Positions 37,949-51,900 of a DNA stretch of 64,000 bases are shown one piece after another. The notes beneath the pieces are model-generated. The model was not told the DNA's origin and did not search any database. It saw nothing but the letters and a program-made list of their open reading frames with translations. How positions within the stretch are numbered: the first letter of the stretch is position 1; every line of letters starts with the position of its first letter. This stretch comes from Kudoa neothunni (lineage: Eukaryota; Animalia; Cnidaria). The stretch covers positions 655,284-719,283 of the forward strand of contig OZ199840.1 of the NCBI GenBank assembly GCA_964304625.1, read 5' to 3'. Both the position numbers and the translations under genes were made by a program.

Positions 37949-40900
37949 TCAAAGTTTTGGACAATAAGTATTCTCCAGCAACAGCTCTTCGATGTGGGAC
38001 TTGGCGCAAGGATCCAAAGTGAGAAGGTGTTCATTGAATAATTCAGGATAAGCATTCTATAATAAAGTGAATATTTCTGTTAAAATATCATAGCAAATAA
38101 CTTTAATCTTAATTGCCGATTCTATAGCTTGCTCTGAATATTTGTTATCATAGTAGTTTGATAACACATACATAGAATAATCCAAAATAAGCGGCAATAA
38201 TTCACCGAAATTTATATTTTCTTTCGGCAGAAATATAAATATATCATTAAGCAACTCGTGTATGAATCTAACAAGAATTTTTGACCTCTTTAAATTTAAA
38301 TTGGAGTATATGATGAGCTTTGTTAGTAATGGGAAAACAGTAGCCAGTGTTTTCTCTTTGTAGAGTGGTAGAATATTTCGAATAAAAATTCGAATAGCGT
38401 CGATAGGGGTCTCAAAAAAATATTGTTCTTCGCCTAATAATGGCTCTAAAAATTCATCTACGTTATCAATCTGAGATTGAGAAGCGTTTTGGTCGGCTTC
38501 GATAATATTACTCAACATATCGTTGAATAACTCGCCAATACTTTGAAGATCAGCCGAGTTCAAAGCATCTTCAAAATTCGGTAAAGTGACACACTTGGTG
38601 AAACTTTCAATCATTTGGAATGTTTTTAACTTAAAAGGGGTATCTTTCATGATTTTAAGAATGGTGTTTTTAAGGGAATTGTGCCAAATTGTTTTTGCCC
38701 CTTCGGCATCATTATAAGTACCACCTCTCAAAAAATAATATACACCCTCGATGATAAGAGGATAGTTACATAGATTTCCAATATTTTTTAAAATTTCGTT
38801 GACAATATTAAGACATTCTTCGACGTAGGGTGAAAAGTTGAAATCGTAATTTTCAACCATCCTAACAACTATTTTAGCGACCAAATTGATGCCACCATCA
38901 CACTCGAAAGAGAAGCATTCGGTACAGCCAAATCGGGAACGATTTCTAAAAAAGTCCAATTTCTCTGTTTCGCTAAGTTCAGCCACCACTTTATTAATAT
39001 TAGAGAGATATTTGACAACTGACCGTGAAATCGATGGCATCAGAGATACAAAACTTTCGGATTTGTTTGCAAAGAAGCGTATGTGAATAAACATGAGACA
39101 CGGTGGTACTTCCAACTCACCAGGAGATATCTTATGCACAAAACTTGAACCATCCAAATATCTCATAATTATAGTGTTAAATTCTTTTAGAAAGTCTGAG
39201 GAGTCAAGCGAAGTTACTTCACGGAGTTGGTCTAACACACGTTGAACTTGACTCTCGCAACCTGGTTCCAAAATTATCTTATCCAACATATTCAAAAGAT
39301 GAACCATCATTTCAGGAATATATGGTTTTATGTCATCCTGCAGCAAACTGTATGCATAATCAATATTATCTGCGAACACTTCCACTATCAACTTCAACAA
39401 ATCAGGATCTCTACTTTCAGAAGACAACACAAATAAATCAAGAAAAAGCTTTGCTACACTTTCTGACTCCATTTCGCCGTCGTTTAAACACCACTCTCTT
39501 GAGATACCTCCAAATGATTTTACACCTTGTATTTTAACATTGAGTGATTCGTGAAAATTAGCAGCTTCTACCACCGCGTTTTTTGCATCTCCATGCATAA
39601 AGCCAAAATCTTGGTCGGGGAAAAAATAGCACAGAACCTCAATGGTTTCAATTGTAAAAAGAACAACCAATGGACTTGCATAATACAAACTATCTTGTAA
39701 CATTATAAAAGCATCTTCAGGATCAAACCCTGGACCAGAGCGACAAATGCACATCATTATATTTAATAAGCGTAATGCTACAACAGTGCGTCTCCAATTT
39801 CTCGACGTTAACAATTCGGAAACTTTCTCATTTAATAACGGATAAATTGTTCCAACGTTTAATGTTCGAACAACAACTTCGAACCATGGGTAAACATAAG
39901 AAGCTTCTCCGGATAAACGCACTTCTTCACATTTAAAATAATCGGTAAAAGACTTCACTGACAAATCTGGGTAGCAGTTTACTTGAGAATTAGTCAAACA
40001 ATCGAAAATCGCTGGAAGATAGGTCTTCCATTTCTGTTCAATATATTCGGGACATCCTTTGATTATCAACTCCAACAAATAGAAAATATCTGTTACCACC
40101 GACCTGTCAACATTGGTGTTGTTTAATATTCCAAGGATTTTACGAATCATCTTTTTCAAATATTTCTTAAATATATGTTTATTTTGGTTATACACTCTAT
40201 GTAAATTCTTCATAAAGTCGGATGCGGCTTTAGTAAGCACTATGGCTTCCATGACTTCAATTAATAAAGGGACTAATTTGGAAAAGTTCTTGGTGCAAAA
40301 ATTGGATCCACTATTATTCTGTAGTATTTTTTGGAGTAATCTCATAGTAAATAATGTCACCTAAATATATATTTGAATATCAATTGTATTTATTTTAATC
40401 AAAATTAGGGGTTTTTATTCTTTTTAAAATATAAAGATAACATACCTGAGGTTTTTCAGAGTATTCATTCAAGCAAGCCACCAGTAACTTTCTGTATTGT
40501 ACCAACTGTTCTCTTTTTTTCTTACCAAATATATTAGGATTTTCTCTACGAGTTAAATAGCATTACAAACAATTAGATGGAGTTACGTCACTAAGTTTAG
40601 AATGATTTCAGATCTCTCTGTTTGTTCGGCTGTTCCACAACTAGACACCAACTCAGACATCACTTCCCATTTATTTGGTTTATCACGATTAATAACTTCC
40701 ACCAGGCTGAGAAATAATGAAGTTAATTCTTCATGAAGCAACATATTTTCCTCAAACGTTATCAAATGAATAAGATAGGATTTGGATTCATTGGTTAAAG
40801 CTTTAAAGTTATCGTTGACGCTGAGCAATCCAGTAAATATGGATTTAAGTCTCAAGATTGCCTTAGTTTTCAGCTAAAAAAAACAAACCAACGTAGATTA

Positions 40901-41148
40901 CATCTTATTTTTGTTAAACGTACAGAGTGAAGATTTCGAGAAGACAATACATTAAGTAATAGTCTAACTCGTCGGTCAATAGGAACAGAGTTTAAAACTG
41001 CCTAAATATATATAGATAATTTAAATTATAAGTGTATTTTTACAGATGACTCATCATTCTCATAATTTATCTCTTCTGTTTGTCTGCTCAATGCTGAACA
41101 AAAACTTTCGAAATCTATTATTTCACTGTAAGCTTCGTCAGGATCCAT
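37949..41148 (-). CDS. Highly divergent importin-beta-family HEAT-repeat protein, most like importin-5
   Basis: A 2.3-kb helical exon (38057-40360) plus short 5' exons from ATG 41148. LLTSRNWRRTVVAL resembles IPO5 MLQNPDWKYRHAGL. The spliced C-terminus IKNAYPELFNEHLLTLDPCAKSHIEELL resembles the IPO5 C-terminus. Total about 1000 aa. Confidence 0.6.
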
Positions 41149-42349
41149 GGTTGTTCTGCTCACACGAATAATCCGCTGAACGGTAGATACCAAAAAATTA
41201 GCCGAAATCCAAATCTTATCACTAAAGATATTATTTAAATATTCATGAAGTGATTAGGAATAATAAAAGCTTCGCCGCACTCTATTATCTAATATTATGT
41301 CGAAAATCAATCAAAAATTAATAATAAACAATTTAAATTATAATATTAATTATTAATTATAAATTAATCTTTACATATATAAATTTTCATTCATATTAGT
41401 TTGTAAAAATTAATCAACAAAAATACATTCTACCTCATTAAAAGGTGTGATAAATAAACTATATCTTAATTCTACTAGGAATTATGTTACTCATTAAATT
41501 TCGTAATAATTATTACGGTTAAAATGTAGAAAAGGGGTCGTAATCCAAATCAGCAACGACGGTAAAAGTCGAACTTGTTGATTATTTTAATTTGTTGTAT
41601 TTATCATTGTTCCATCATCATATCCAACAACCAGTAGGTTGATTTCGGCACTGTATTTTTATCAATAATAGTTGCTGTAACCTATCATATAAATATAAAT
41701 AACTTCTAGCCCTTCGCAGTTATTTCTACAGGTCCTACCATACCATTTAATCGATCTAATAAAGCATGGTCTATTTGTCCTAAAATTTGAGTGTGACAAC
41801 TATGATTTTTTATCGATTGCCATATTCATCCTTAGCACCCGGCTTTTATTAATTCCATATCTGTAAAAATTAGTTTTCCATATTTTATACCAGCATTAGC
41901 TGCCTAATTGTATGTAACGATTATATAAATCTAATGCCACAAATATTTTGTTGGATGAAACCCACGCATTCCTAATTCCTATCATTAAATGTTCAACAAA
42001 TAGCACACTAATTTGATTTAAAAAATGTAGGATTAATGTATGAACTAATCATAATTTTTAATCGGTACATGTAGTCACTATTCTACACATTTTAGCTATT
42101 CTTTCTTTAGTCGATAGTTATCCTTATAATATAAAAAATAGTGTATTGGATTTGTTCTACAATCACATCATAATTAAATAGTAAATTATTATATTATTTT
42201 GTTCTATTAGTATTATCGGTAAAATGGGACTATTAGAAGTAATTCGTAACGCATTTTTATCATTTGTTAGTTTTACCATATGAATTTCGACGTTTACTCT
42301 AAAATAGTAAATATTGACTTTCTATAATAATTTATTTTATTTTTTTATA

Positions 42350-43740
42350 GATAACTATCACATCAATACGAATCTAATTTGAGATATGTGTTTAATATGG
42401 GACACCTTCATAATCATGTTATATCTCATGAAAATGATCGTTATTACAAACGCAGAGGTTGTTAGTACGATAATTTTTAATCCTAAAGGGCATGTACGCA
42501 CGCTCGAATGGAATTTATTATCGCGACATCTCTTACTCACAAGCTATATACTGATTTCATTTTTATAAATCTACTATATATGATTATTTCTGACCCACCG
42601 CTTCGCTTTTAGCATATAATTATCAAAAATAATTATTATAGTCAAAATTAGTTTCATCTGAATTTTATTTACATTTTATTTACCATACCATTAGTCACTT
42701 ACTTAAAAATATTGGTAGAAATGCATCACATTCACAAAGATAAATTAACTACAAGCGTTTCCTTGTTTTATGTGGAAGCGTACGCATGTGAATCATGTTA
42801 AATTAATAAAAAATTGCCGAAAATTTACTATTTCAATATACGTTAGACAAAACATCTTTGAGAGTTATCTTCGATTTTTAGATAGTTAAGTATGGTGGAT
42901 GAGGGGGGACATTCAAAAATATTTCGGTTCGCGCAAGCGCAGATCGTCATTAAATATAGCAAACTTTTTGGACTGATTTTTAAACACCTAACAAATATAG
43001 AAAAGAATGAGAATATTAATTCAGTGTCGCAACAATTTTTACAGATTTTCGATTCCACGCCTATTGGCATTTGGATCTATAAGGACGAATTCTAAGATTG
43101 CTAAAGATAAGAACCCTATTCCTAGTAGGAATTTTGAATATCTACCCTTCCCGAAAAATAAATACATTCTTAGATATGTTGGATAAGGATAGTCGAAAAA
43201 AGTTAAGGTCAAAATTGGCGCCCAGGGATAAAGAATATTTCGATGATGCATTCTACCACGAACAACTAACCAGGTTGAATATTATCAAAGAGGGTGACAA
43301 TATCGTGGACAGTTATATTGATGAACCGATTATTGAGGATACGGAGGATGTGTTAAAAAAGTGACACTCTTTTTAATAAAATTAACCATCTATTTATTAC
43401 CAAGGCATTCTATCACACCAGAAGAATTAAATATATTAGCCAATTACATTTATATCGACGATAATGGAAAAATTCGCATTGATAAAGAGAAAGTAAATTA
43501 CCAATCCATTTTTGAAATGCAGCTACTGACAACCATCTTTAATAATAGCTCGATGTGAGTAACGAGAGCAATGTGGATATTATTCTCAAGTTTATGTGTG
43601 TATATTTGGCTAATTTTGTCCCAGTAATTATTAATTTTACAAGAATGATGTTAAAATTAATAATTTATAAATAGGACAAAGATGATTACGAAAGAAGTCT
43701 AATGAATTTAATTTTGTCATCTTCGGGATCTAAGTATATT
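42350..43740 (+). CDS. Hypothetical multi-exon protein (orphan)
   Basis: Consecutive protein-like ORFs 42892-43095, 43098-43364 and 43361-43558 with intron-like gaps. No family recognised; boundaries uncertain. Confidence 0.45.
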
Positions 43741-44262
43741 TTCGTATTTCTAAAAAAATATAGTTAAGTTGAATAATTGCAACTTGTAATCTTAATCTAT
43801 ATTTTAGAATTTTAAATCTAAATGGTGATTAATATGCTTAACTAATTTTGAAAATATCTCTGAAAAACCATTTTTTGCTTAATACTGTAAACGCAATATT
43901 TAAAAATTTCGATTCTGTAATATATAACGAAAGTTCGACTTTAAATTTATTAAAAAATATGTATAATTTAATAATTATTTGTTCGTTAATTTTAAACGCT
44001 CTACGCAAACTCGAACATAATATATATTGATGTATCTGTGGCTAATAAATTTAATTCAAGTCTGATTTTGATACTTTTGCGAAATTTAAAGTTTCAATCT
44101 TGTTTTTACGGGTTCACCTAAACATATTGTGTATAATTATTGAGCTTTAATCAGAATTTAATCAAAGTTTACTTGACACATTCGTCATATATCACCAATC
44201 ATTATTATTACATATTAAGTTAAATGCCGTAGTTTTATCCTGGGGTAAAATATTTATGAGTC

Positions 44263-44797
44263 AATTTAAATAATTATATCTAAATGGAAATCTAAATAAT
44301 TATATTTAAAAGAGAATCTAAATAATTACATTTAAAAAGGAATCTGAATAATTATATTTAAAAGAGAATCTAAATAATTACATTTAAAAAGGAATCTGAA
44401 TAATTATATTTAAAAGAGAATCTAAATAATTACATTTAAAAAGGAATCTGAATAATTATATTTAAAAGAGAATCTAAATAATTACATTTAAAAAGGAATC
44501 TGAATAATTATATTTAAAAGAGAATCTAAATAATTACATTTAAAAAGGAATCTGAATAATTACATTTAAAAAGGAATCTGAATAATTACATTTAAAAAGG
44601 AATCTGAATAATTATATTTAAAAGAGAATCTAAATAATTACATTTAAAAAGGAATCTGAATAATTATATTTATAAGAGAATCTAAATAATTACATTTAAA
44701 AAGGAATCTGAATAATTATATTTAAAAGAGAATCTAAATAATTACATTTAAAAAAGGAATCTGAATAATTATATTTAAAAGAGAATCTAAATAATTA
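44263..44797. repeat. 26-bp minisatellite, about 20 units, mostly an alternating A/B 52-bp dimer
   Basis: A = aatctaaataattacatttaaaaagg and B = aatctgaataattatatttaaaagag. Two hybrid units at about 44549-44600. Confidence 0.95.
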
Positions 44798-45902
44798 GGA
44801 ACGTTTAGAATTAATGTTCCTCAGAACTTTTGCTTTTTGACGATATCTAAAATTAAAATAGCAAATAATTGAATAAGATTTTATATTTAAAAAAAATTGA
44901 TTGATTAATTATTTTTAAAACTATTATTAGAATTGGCTATTGGCGCGATTATAATATCCAGGTAGGTATAGTTTTGATTGTATTTAATTATAAAAAAATA
45001 GACTTCATAGATCAACTATAAATAGGAGTTACCGGGACTAAAAATAGACAATGCGCAAACATAGTTTCCATTTTGGATTAAAAACTTGGTGTCAATAGCC
45101 AGCGCCCTACTAATATCTAATATTGAGATTAAAATTGGAGAAACTTGGTCTTGTCGTTAAAAATAACGTTTTCTTTGATCAAACTGTAATTCCTGATGTA
45201 TAAATTTTTGTAATTCAAAATTAATCCTTCCTATAAAGAGGTTAAATTAGGTAACATTTAACATTATCATTTATATAGTAGAATCATGTGGAAATTTTTT
45301 AATTTCTTTCTCTGATTCGCAATAAAACCATAAATTTTGTAAGTTAATTATTTTTACTATTTCAAAAAATCCTAAAAAATATATAAAATTTTTTAATACT
45401 TAATTTAACAGATATTTCACGTTTATTCTTATTTTTCTGCGTTATTTGAATAACTCATGTGAAATCATATATTTTTGAAATAAACTTAAAATCACGTAAT
45501 AATATCATTTGATTATTTTAGTTTATTCTAATTAAAAAAATCTATACATGCTCTGAAATATATATATATAATTTGCTGAAAAATACAATTAAAATTTTAT
45601 AATACATCATATACAATGTGAAATACGATTAATACATAAAAAATTAGTCGATAAATTTGAAATAACCAATCATTTACAATAAAGATTGTCTTAAATTTCG
45701 CGCGGTTTATAAAAAATGTCTAAATTTTTTGGGAATTTTATAATAATTTTTAAATCTACTAACCGTATTAGTGCGTACTATTATTAATTATCATCATTAT
45801 AAATCAATATTTTACAATATTAGTTTTATTTATAAAATAATTTATCGACATATTAAATAAATACAATTTTTTATAGGGAAGTGGGGAAAAATATTAAAGA
45901 TC

Positions 45903-46865
45903 ATGTTAACTGGAAAAAAGGTTCAAGAATTATTGCATAAAAATTCCATAGCAGGTTCTGACAGCGAAGAAGCTAAGAAGAACAATGAGTATTATTTTGT
46001 ATGTAAACAATAATATATTTTTCAAAGCGAAATCAAGGCATCTATACAAGAAGATTTAAATTTCTCATCATCAGCTTCCTCTGTACTTTTTGATGAGTTT
46101 AAACGAAGGTTGTTCTTGTTTGCACATTCTGGATTTTGTTTGTCAATTTTTATCGGATTTAGATGTCGATTTCCTGTGATTTATTGTGGTGGAATATTGG
46201 ATAAAAATAATGTATGTATTGGATTGGTGTATCCCGAATATAAGCGACAAGTAGTTTCATCATTGTTTGTATTCTCGTTCATACATTATATTTTGCAGTG
46301 ATGAATTTTTCAAATTGCCATACGGTAATGTGGACCAGGTTTATTGCTACTTGTTATCATTTAATGAGGCTATCAACGCGCCGTCTATAATAACTGGGCT
46401 TCAGTTCAAATTAGCTGCGACTCGGAAACTTCACTCAAAGGTAAATAAACTAGGTTTGTCTGGGATTTAAAATCTCCCCCCTTCCAATCTGATTAATCAA
46501 CTACTGCTTCCCTTTTAGTGGTCTACGATATAGCATCATTGAATCACCGTGAATTTACCAAAAAATACCCCGATTATTCTAATCGGTTTTCAAGATTTTT
46601 TAAGGGAATTTCGAAGCAACTCCCTCAAATTAAATATCAACTGGGTAATCTAATGATTGAACTCAACCAATACACACTTATTTCTCATGTATTAATTCAA
46701 ACTACTAATTAAAATCTATCAATTTAGGCGTTGTACAGTAAAGATTGTTCATTCGCACACAAACCTACAATCAAAACTCTACGAACTTCGCTCCTAGAAT
46801 TTCAATTTAAACTCTGTGTGTATTGTTTTAATCTAACGGCTCCATTGCTTGATGTTAACTAACTA
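45903..46865 (+). CDS. Hypothetical multi-exon protein, convergent with RPL23
   Basis: ATG at 45903 (MLTGKKVQELLHKIP...). Short GT-AG introns link exons reading EIKASIQEDLNF, CRFPVIYCGGILD, DEFFKLPYGNVDQVYCYLLSF and REFTKKYPDYSNRF. No family recognised. Confidence 0.55.
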
Positions 46866-46944
46866 CTTGTCTGCTATATTTTTTGCGCATAAATAACACA
46901 AATTTCTTAAATGTAAACAATTCTAACCAAAGAATATGTAACGG

Positions 46945-47422
46945 TTAATGGACACTACTAGCATTAGAGGCAATTTGAGGCCACATGTCGGAACATTCTT
47001 TTGCAACTGGTCCGGTGATTGCGGAACCTTTAAGTTCGCCTTTAGTTCCAACAAGTACACCAGCGTTATCTTCAAAGTAGATACATTGGCCGTCCTTTCT
47101 TCGGAAAAATTTGCGTTGTCTAATGATCACAAATCCAGTAACCTTTTTACGGAGATCAGGTTTTCCTTTTTTTACAGAACCAACAACCATATCACCAACA
47201 CATGAACTGGGAAGACGATTCAGAGTTCCATGAATACCTTTGACAGCAATAATGGCAAAGTTTTTAGCACCGGTGTTGTCAGCCACAATTAACACGAGCT
47301 CCAACTGGCAAACCCAATGTCACTCTGAATTTTGAGCCAGCTTTGCTACCACCTAGCAAAATCGAATTCAATAAGTGTCACCAAATAGCATGAACGTACT
47401 TTCTCTTGTTAGCACCACCCAT
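46945..47422 (-). CDS. RPL23: 60S ribosomal protein L23 (uL14), two exons
   Basis: [24 protein letters not shown]...[18 protein letters not shown]...[18 protein letters not shown]...[20 protein letters not shown]. Intron at about 47353-47399. One surplus G at 47283/47284 breaks NC-ADN. Confidence 0.97.
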
Positions 47423-48049
47423 CCTTTTTTACACAACACGAGGTCCAGATCGTAACGATTCGGAATCTATATACATTTATAATTATTTACTCTTCTTGTT
47501 GCCTTAATTTTGATTTATTTTATTGAAAGTTAATAATTGTTATTTTTCAGTTAATAATGTGATATAATTGAATATAATCAATGTGTGTTGTATTTCTTCT
47601 ATAGGTAACTTTCCCATGGCGTTCGTTGTGAATCGTCACAATCGGCAACAGGTCATGCGATTTTGCACCGCGTCTTTTATTCCTGTTTTAAATAAAAATT
47701 TTATATACAAAGGACTTTTTGTTTTTTTATACGAATTAAAATTACACCCTCCTTTGAGATAAGCTTTTTAGGGGTGATAATTTGTATTTGTGGTAGTTAT
47801 GTACGAAAAGTTATTCAAACGAAAGTGCAGTTCAATTTGTGTATAGTAAATCTATCTTATATACTTTATATTGCGCGAATGTACACAAGTAAGCTTGATT
47901 TATTGACTTTTAGTCTAAATTGGGAGTTAATTTTACGGCTGATGTTGATGTTGGGTAGTCGAAATTTTTTGTCCAAATTCAAATGCGTTACAGGACAAAT
48001 TCGGATCATATGATATTCAAAAATTCGGATTATTTAAATGTATAAAAAC

Positions 48050-48960
48050 TAAAGTTTAGAATGAAAAACTTTATGAATACCTCCAGATTGATAACAAGTT
48101 TCTTATTTTAACTACGCGTCTCATCTTCCATCAAATGGCATTTCCCAATAAACGTTTCCGGATGCTCAAAAAACTTTATAATTTCGTTTCCAATGAAATT
48201 ATTGATGAATAATTATCCATTATTTAAATTAAATCGTTTCTTTCCACAATCGAACTTTCTTTTCTTATTCTTGGTTTAATTAACGAGAATATCTCTTTCT
48301 AAGAGTTGAGTAAAGAAATACAGTATCTTGGAAGATACTGTATTTCTTTAGAAATGTGTCGTAAACTCGACATTTGGAATAATGGAATCTCACATTGTCC
48401 ATTGCAACAATAAAATTTCGTCAATTCAAAGCTTGTTCCATTTGTTTTAAAAAATAACTGAAAAATTTCAGTGTTCTAGCTAAAAACAACCTCGCAATGG
48501 ATAAAATTTTCTCCCGCTAATGAATGACTAATAACACTGTGACATTATTTCCTCGACTATTTTCAACTGCTGCATTAGCATTAGGGTTGATTTCTTGACA
48601 TGTTGAGAGAAAAAGGATTTTCATATCTTGTGGTAATAGAAAGTTTAGTGTATGATTCTGCATATTTTTTTCTCCAACTCTACGTTGTGTGAATTTCTAC
48701 TCAGTGGTACGATTCTTACCATCTAAATGTGAAGTCTCAAGGTGGATGTCAACCACCTTGATACAGTCGTGGGGACTAAGATTTAATGATTAATTTTTTA
48801 ATCAACTATGCAAGAGTTAAGATGCAATCATCGTTAATCAAGTTAAACAATTTCCTCGTTAAAAATAACTTTTCGAGCTCACACTCGTGGAAAATGTTCA
48901 AAATTTTTGTTTAGTCATGCATCTTTGAACGATATTGGATATCATTCACAGTTGATTTTT
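48050..48960 (-). mobile_element. Degenerate Tc1/IS630-like DDE transposase remnant
   Basis: Minus-strand fragments PTTVSRWL..LRL, PLSRNS...KKYA, SRGNNVTV, IVAMDNVRFH and YLPRY (the LPPYSP position). Multiple stops. Confidence 0.6.
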
Positions 48961-48972
48961 GAATATCTAGAT

Positions 48973-51900
48973 CAGGAATGGGAAATTAAATTTAGAAGCG
49001 GGCCACATTATGATTATTATGTAAGCTCCCGGGCTAGATAATAACTGGTTATATTTACGATATTTTTCAATAAAATTGCTATTTTGGTTTCATAAATAGT
49101 TTATTTATAAGAGTAAACTAGTTAATTACTGACTCAAACACGAATAAATAGTAAAATTATTTTTTTAAAATATTTTATGGTACCCAAATCAAACATGGAA
49201 CTTCAAAAATTGTTTTTTTATAGTTAGTAAAAAGTAGGTGATATCTTTTGACCAATTTTTAAAGTCTGCATCCAATTTGCTTGTGGATGCTCGTAAGATT
49301 GCTTCGAGATTTGGATTGGTGAGGAAGACATCTATCCTTTGATTTGTTTATATTCATAATTGAAAATGTTTGTGTATATAAGAAGATGCAAAATAAAAAA
49401 AAAAGCTTTCTTGCAAATTCTTGTACGTTTGGAATTTTTCATCGGTGTATAGTAGGATACAAATCAATTAGCTTTTTATTTTCAATGTAGACTTCAAAAT
49501 ATTATTAGTTTGGAGATTTATTAGTTCCATTTGCAAATTTTCTGGTGCTTAGTCAATATTAAAATAAAAGGAGATCTCAACAAATCAAACTGGTATTTGA
49601 TCGCCTTGAAATTTGAAAATCGTCGTCTAAATTCCATTAGAAGTGACAATACCTGCCCAATGTATTTTTGAGCAAGTGTTAGTTTCACACGTTGGGTTTT
49701 TAATCCTTTCGTGCTCAAATTTTTAATTAGAATTATAAAAATTATATTATATTAAATATTTCTTTTTTTATTTCAAATAAAATTTTTGAATCCAAACTAA
49801 ATGTTTAGATATTATTTTTTAACATTTTTCATTCGTGGTCACTAGAATTAGAATGTCTATTGGGCATTTGCGCGAAAATTTTTTTCCATCGAATCCGGTT
49901 CTAGTTTCAAAATACAACATAAATTTATCTGTTGTGACAAAAATAGAAACAGTTTCTCTGTTTAAACAATACAACACGATATTCCACATTTAATGCAGCT
50001 GAATTGTGTTCTTTTTTCACATCGTCTGTATCTACTTACTATTTCAGGATATTGTACCAACATTATCAAATCCTATTGACACTGACAGGGGTTTCGATTG
50101 TTTTTTAATGCAAATGATCAACAGCTACAACTTTAAAATCATCCAATGAAAGACGCCCACGCTTTTTTAGCACATTGGATTTTTTGAAATGAATTAAACT
50201 TTCACTTATAGACTGGTAAATGATAAATGGTCCATTACTTTGTTGTTATCATCATCTTTGACCTTTGTATTTCGTCTATATAATAACCAAGCATTGGTTA
50301 TGTTATGATGGTATTAAACTCCCAAAAGAATATTCGCATATAAAACTTTCGACATTTTGTGGTTTAACTTGTACAGTGCCATCAACATGCCCGGCTAATC
50401 AACTCCAACCCATGTTTTTATTATATTCTGTAACTACACTTGGATAGTCAATATTTGCAGTCTTTTTAGCCCTTTTATCGAATCTTTTAACTGCACCAAG
50501 GAGTTGGGATGAAGAAAGCGTAACAACAGAACCGTCCACACAATTGAGTTAATACTATTCCATTTTTGGTATCCCTGAAAGCTTTCGTAAGAACCGCGAC
50601 CTTTCTTGCTGAATTGTTTTACCGGGGTTAGTAGACAATATTTAATTATGTATCTTCTTGCGGTTCAACAGAGTAGATGTTTCGCTTCTTTGACAGTTGC
50701 TGCAATAGAACTGATGTGAAATAATTATTAAAATACAAAAAGAATGTTCTTGAATTTGGTAAAGTTTCGCAAAATTTTACTACAAAATCACCCGAAGTTT
50801 GGCCACAATTTTGTGAAATTGCTGGTGGTTTTCCTTCATATACGTTACGATACGATACACGATAAATCGTAGATTAAGCCATTGATGCCACACCAAGCAA
50901 ATTCTTTAAAACCCCCACTTGGTTGGTTTATAGGAAGTTACTGTTTGGCTTTGCAACTTCCTTTGAAGGGAATCATTTGCACATTGATTGAATGTAGATT
51001 TCAGGTTTTATCTTTAAAAACGCGAACCATAGATGCTCTGTAAGAGATTGTATTTTAGAAAAACGATCATAATTTTCCGAGTTTTTGGTCCTTAATGATA
51101 TCTTCATTATTTGAAAAATTAATACAATTTTGAAATTTTATCAAATCGATTTCTAGGGAAAACGTTTGATACGTGTGGAAAATCTAATGATGTGCTCCAA
51201 TAGCAGCGATAACGATGGCATTCTAACCAATACCCATCAAAATGAATGAGGGTCGTTAAATACTTTTGGATTTTTCTTCAACATCTGTGACAAAATTTCT
51301 TCCCACATTTAGTTGTATAAATGTTTGTTTCATTTGGATTAATGATTCGTAAAAGAAGAATTTAAAGTAATAACATCATCCGGAATATCAAGCCAAGGAC
51401 TTTTTATTTATGTCCATTTGTACTCTACGTCATCATTTTTAGAGTCAGAGTCAATGTCATTGGACGTAGAAAAACAGAAATCATCATCTTTTAATTGACA
51501 TAATTTTTCCATTTCGTCATCAGAAACTGTGTTAGGTTCGGACAGATCGGCATCTGGAAGAATAACTACTTCTGATATTGATTCATCATTATTTAGATTA
51601 TTATAATTAACGTGGTATTATAATTAACGTGGTGATTCATCTTTGTTCAAACTTAGCGCTAAAAAATTTTGGCGAATATGCCCAAAGGTTATCCTAATGA
51701 CCTGACCATTTATTATTTTCATCATTATTTTTTCAAAGTTACATTAGATAACGCTAAACTTTAATACAAGTATTATTTATGTTGTTATCTACAACTCAAA
51801 ATTTTTATTTTATTTTATTGAAAAAGTATTAGTTAATTAATGAAACAATATAATGACATTTTGGAACCAAAATGGCATAAAGTTTCCTGCTATAAAATTT

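Noticed and set aside
38886-40364. Antisense ORFs overlapping the importin-like gene, and likewise those opposite DYRK, RPL23, SETD2 and the GPCR
   Set aside because: Shadow ORFs of real coding exons with no independent motifs.
44263-44797. CRISPR-like array
   Set aside because: Units are contiguous with no unique spacers, there are no cas genes, and the context is eukaryotic; it is a minisatellite.
47353-47400. Second frameshift in RPL23 at the exon 1 junction
   Set aside because: An alternative AG acceptor 7 nt downstream restores the frame, so an indel is not required.
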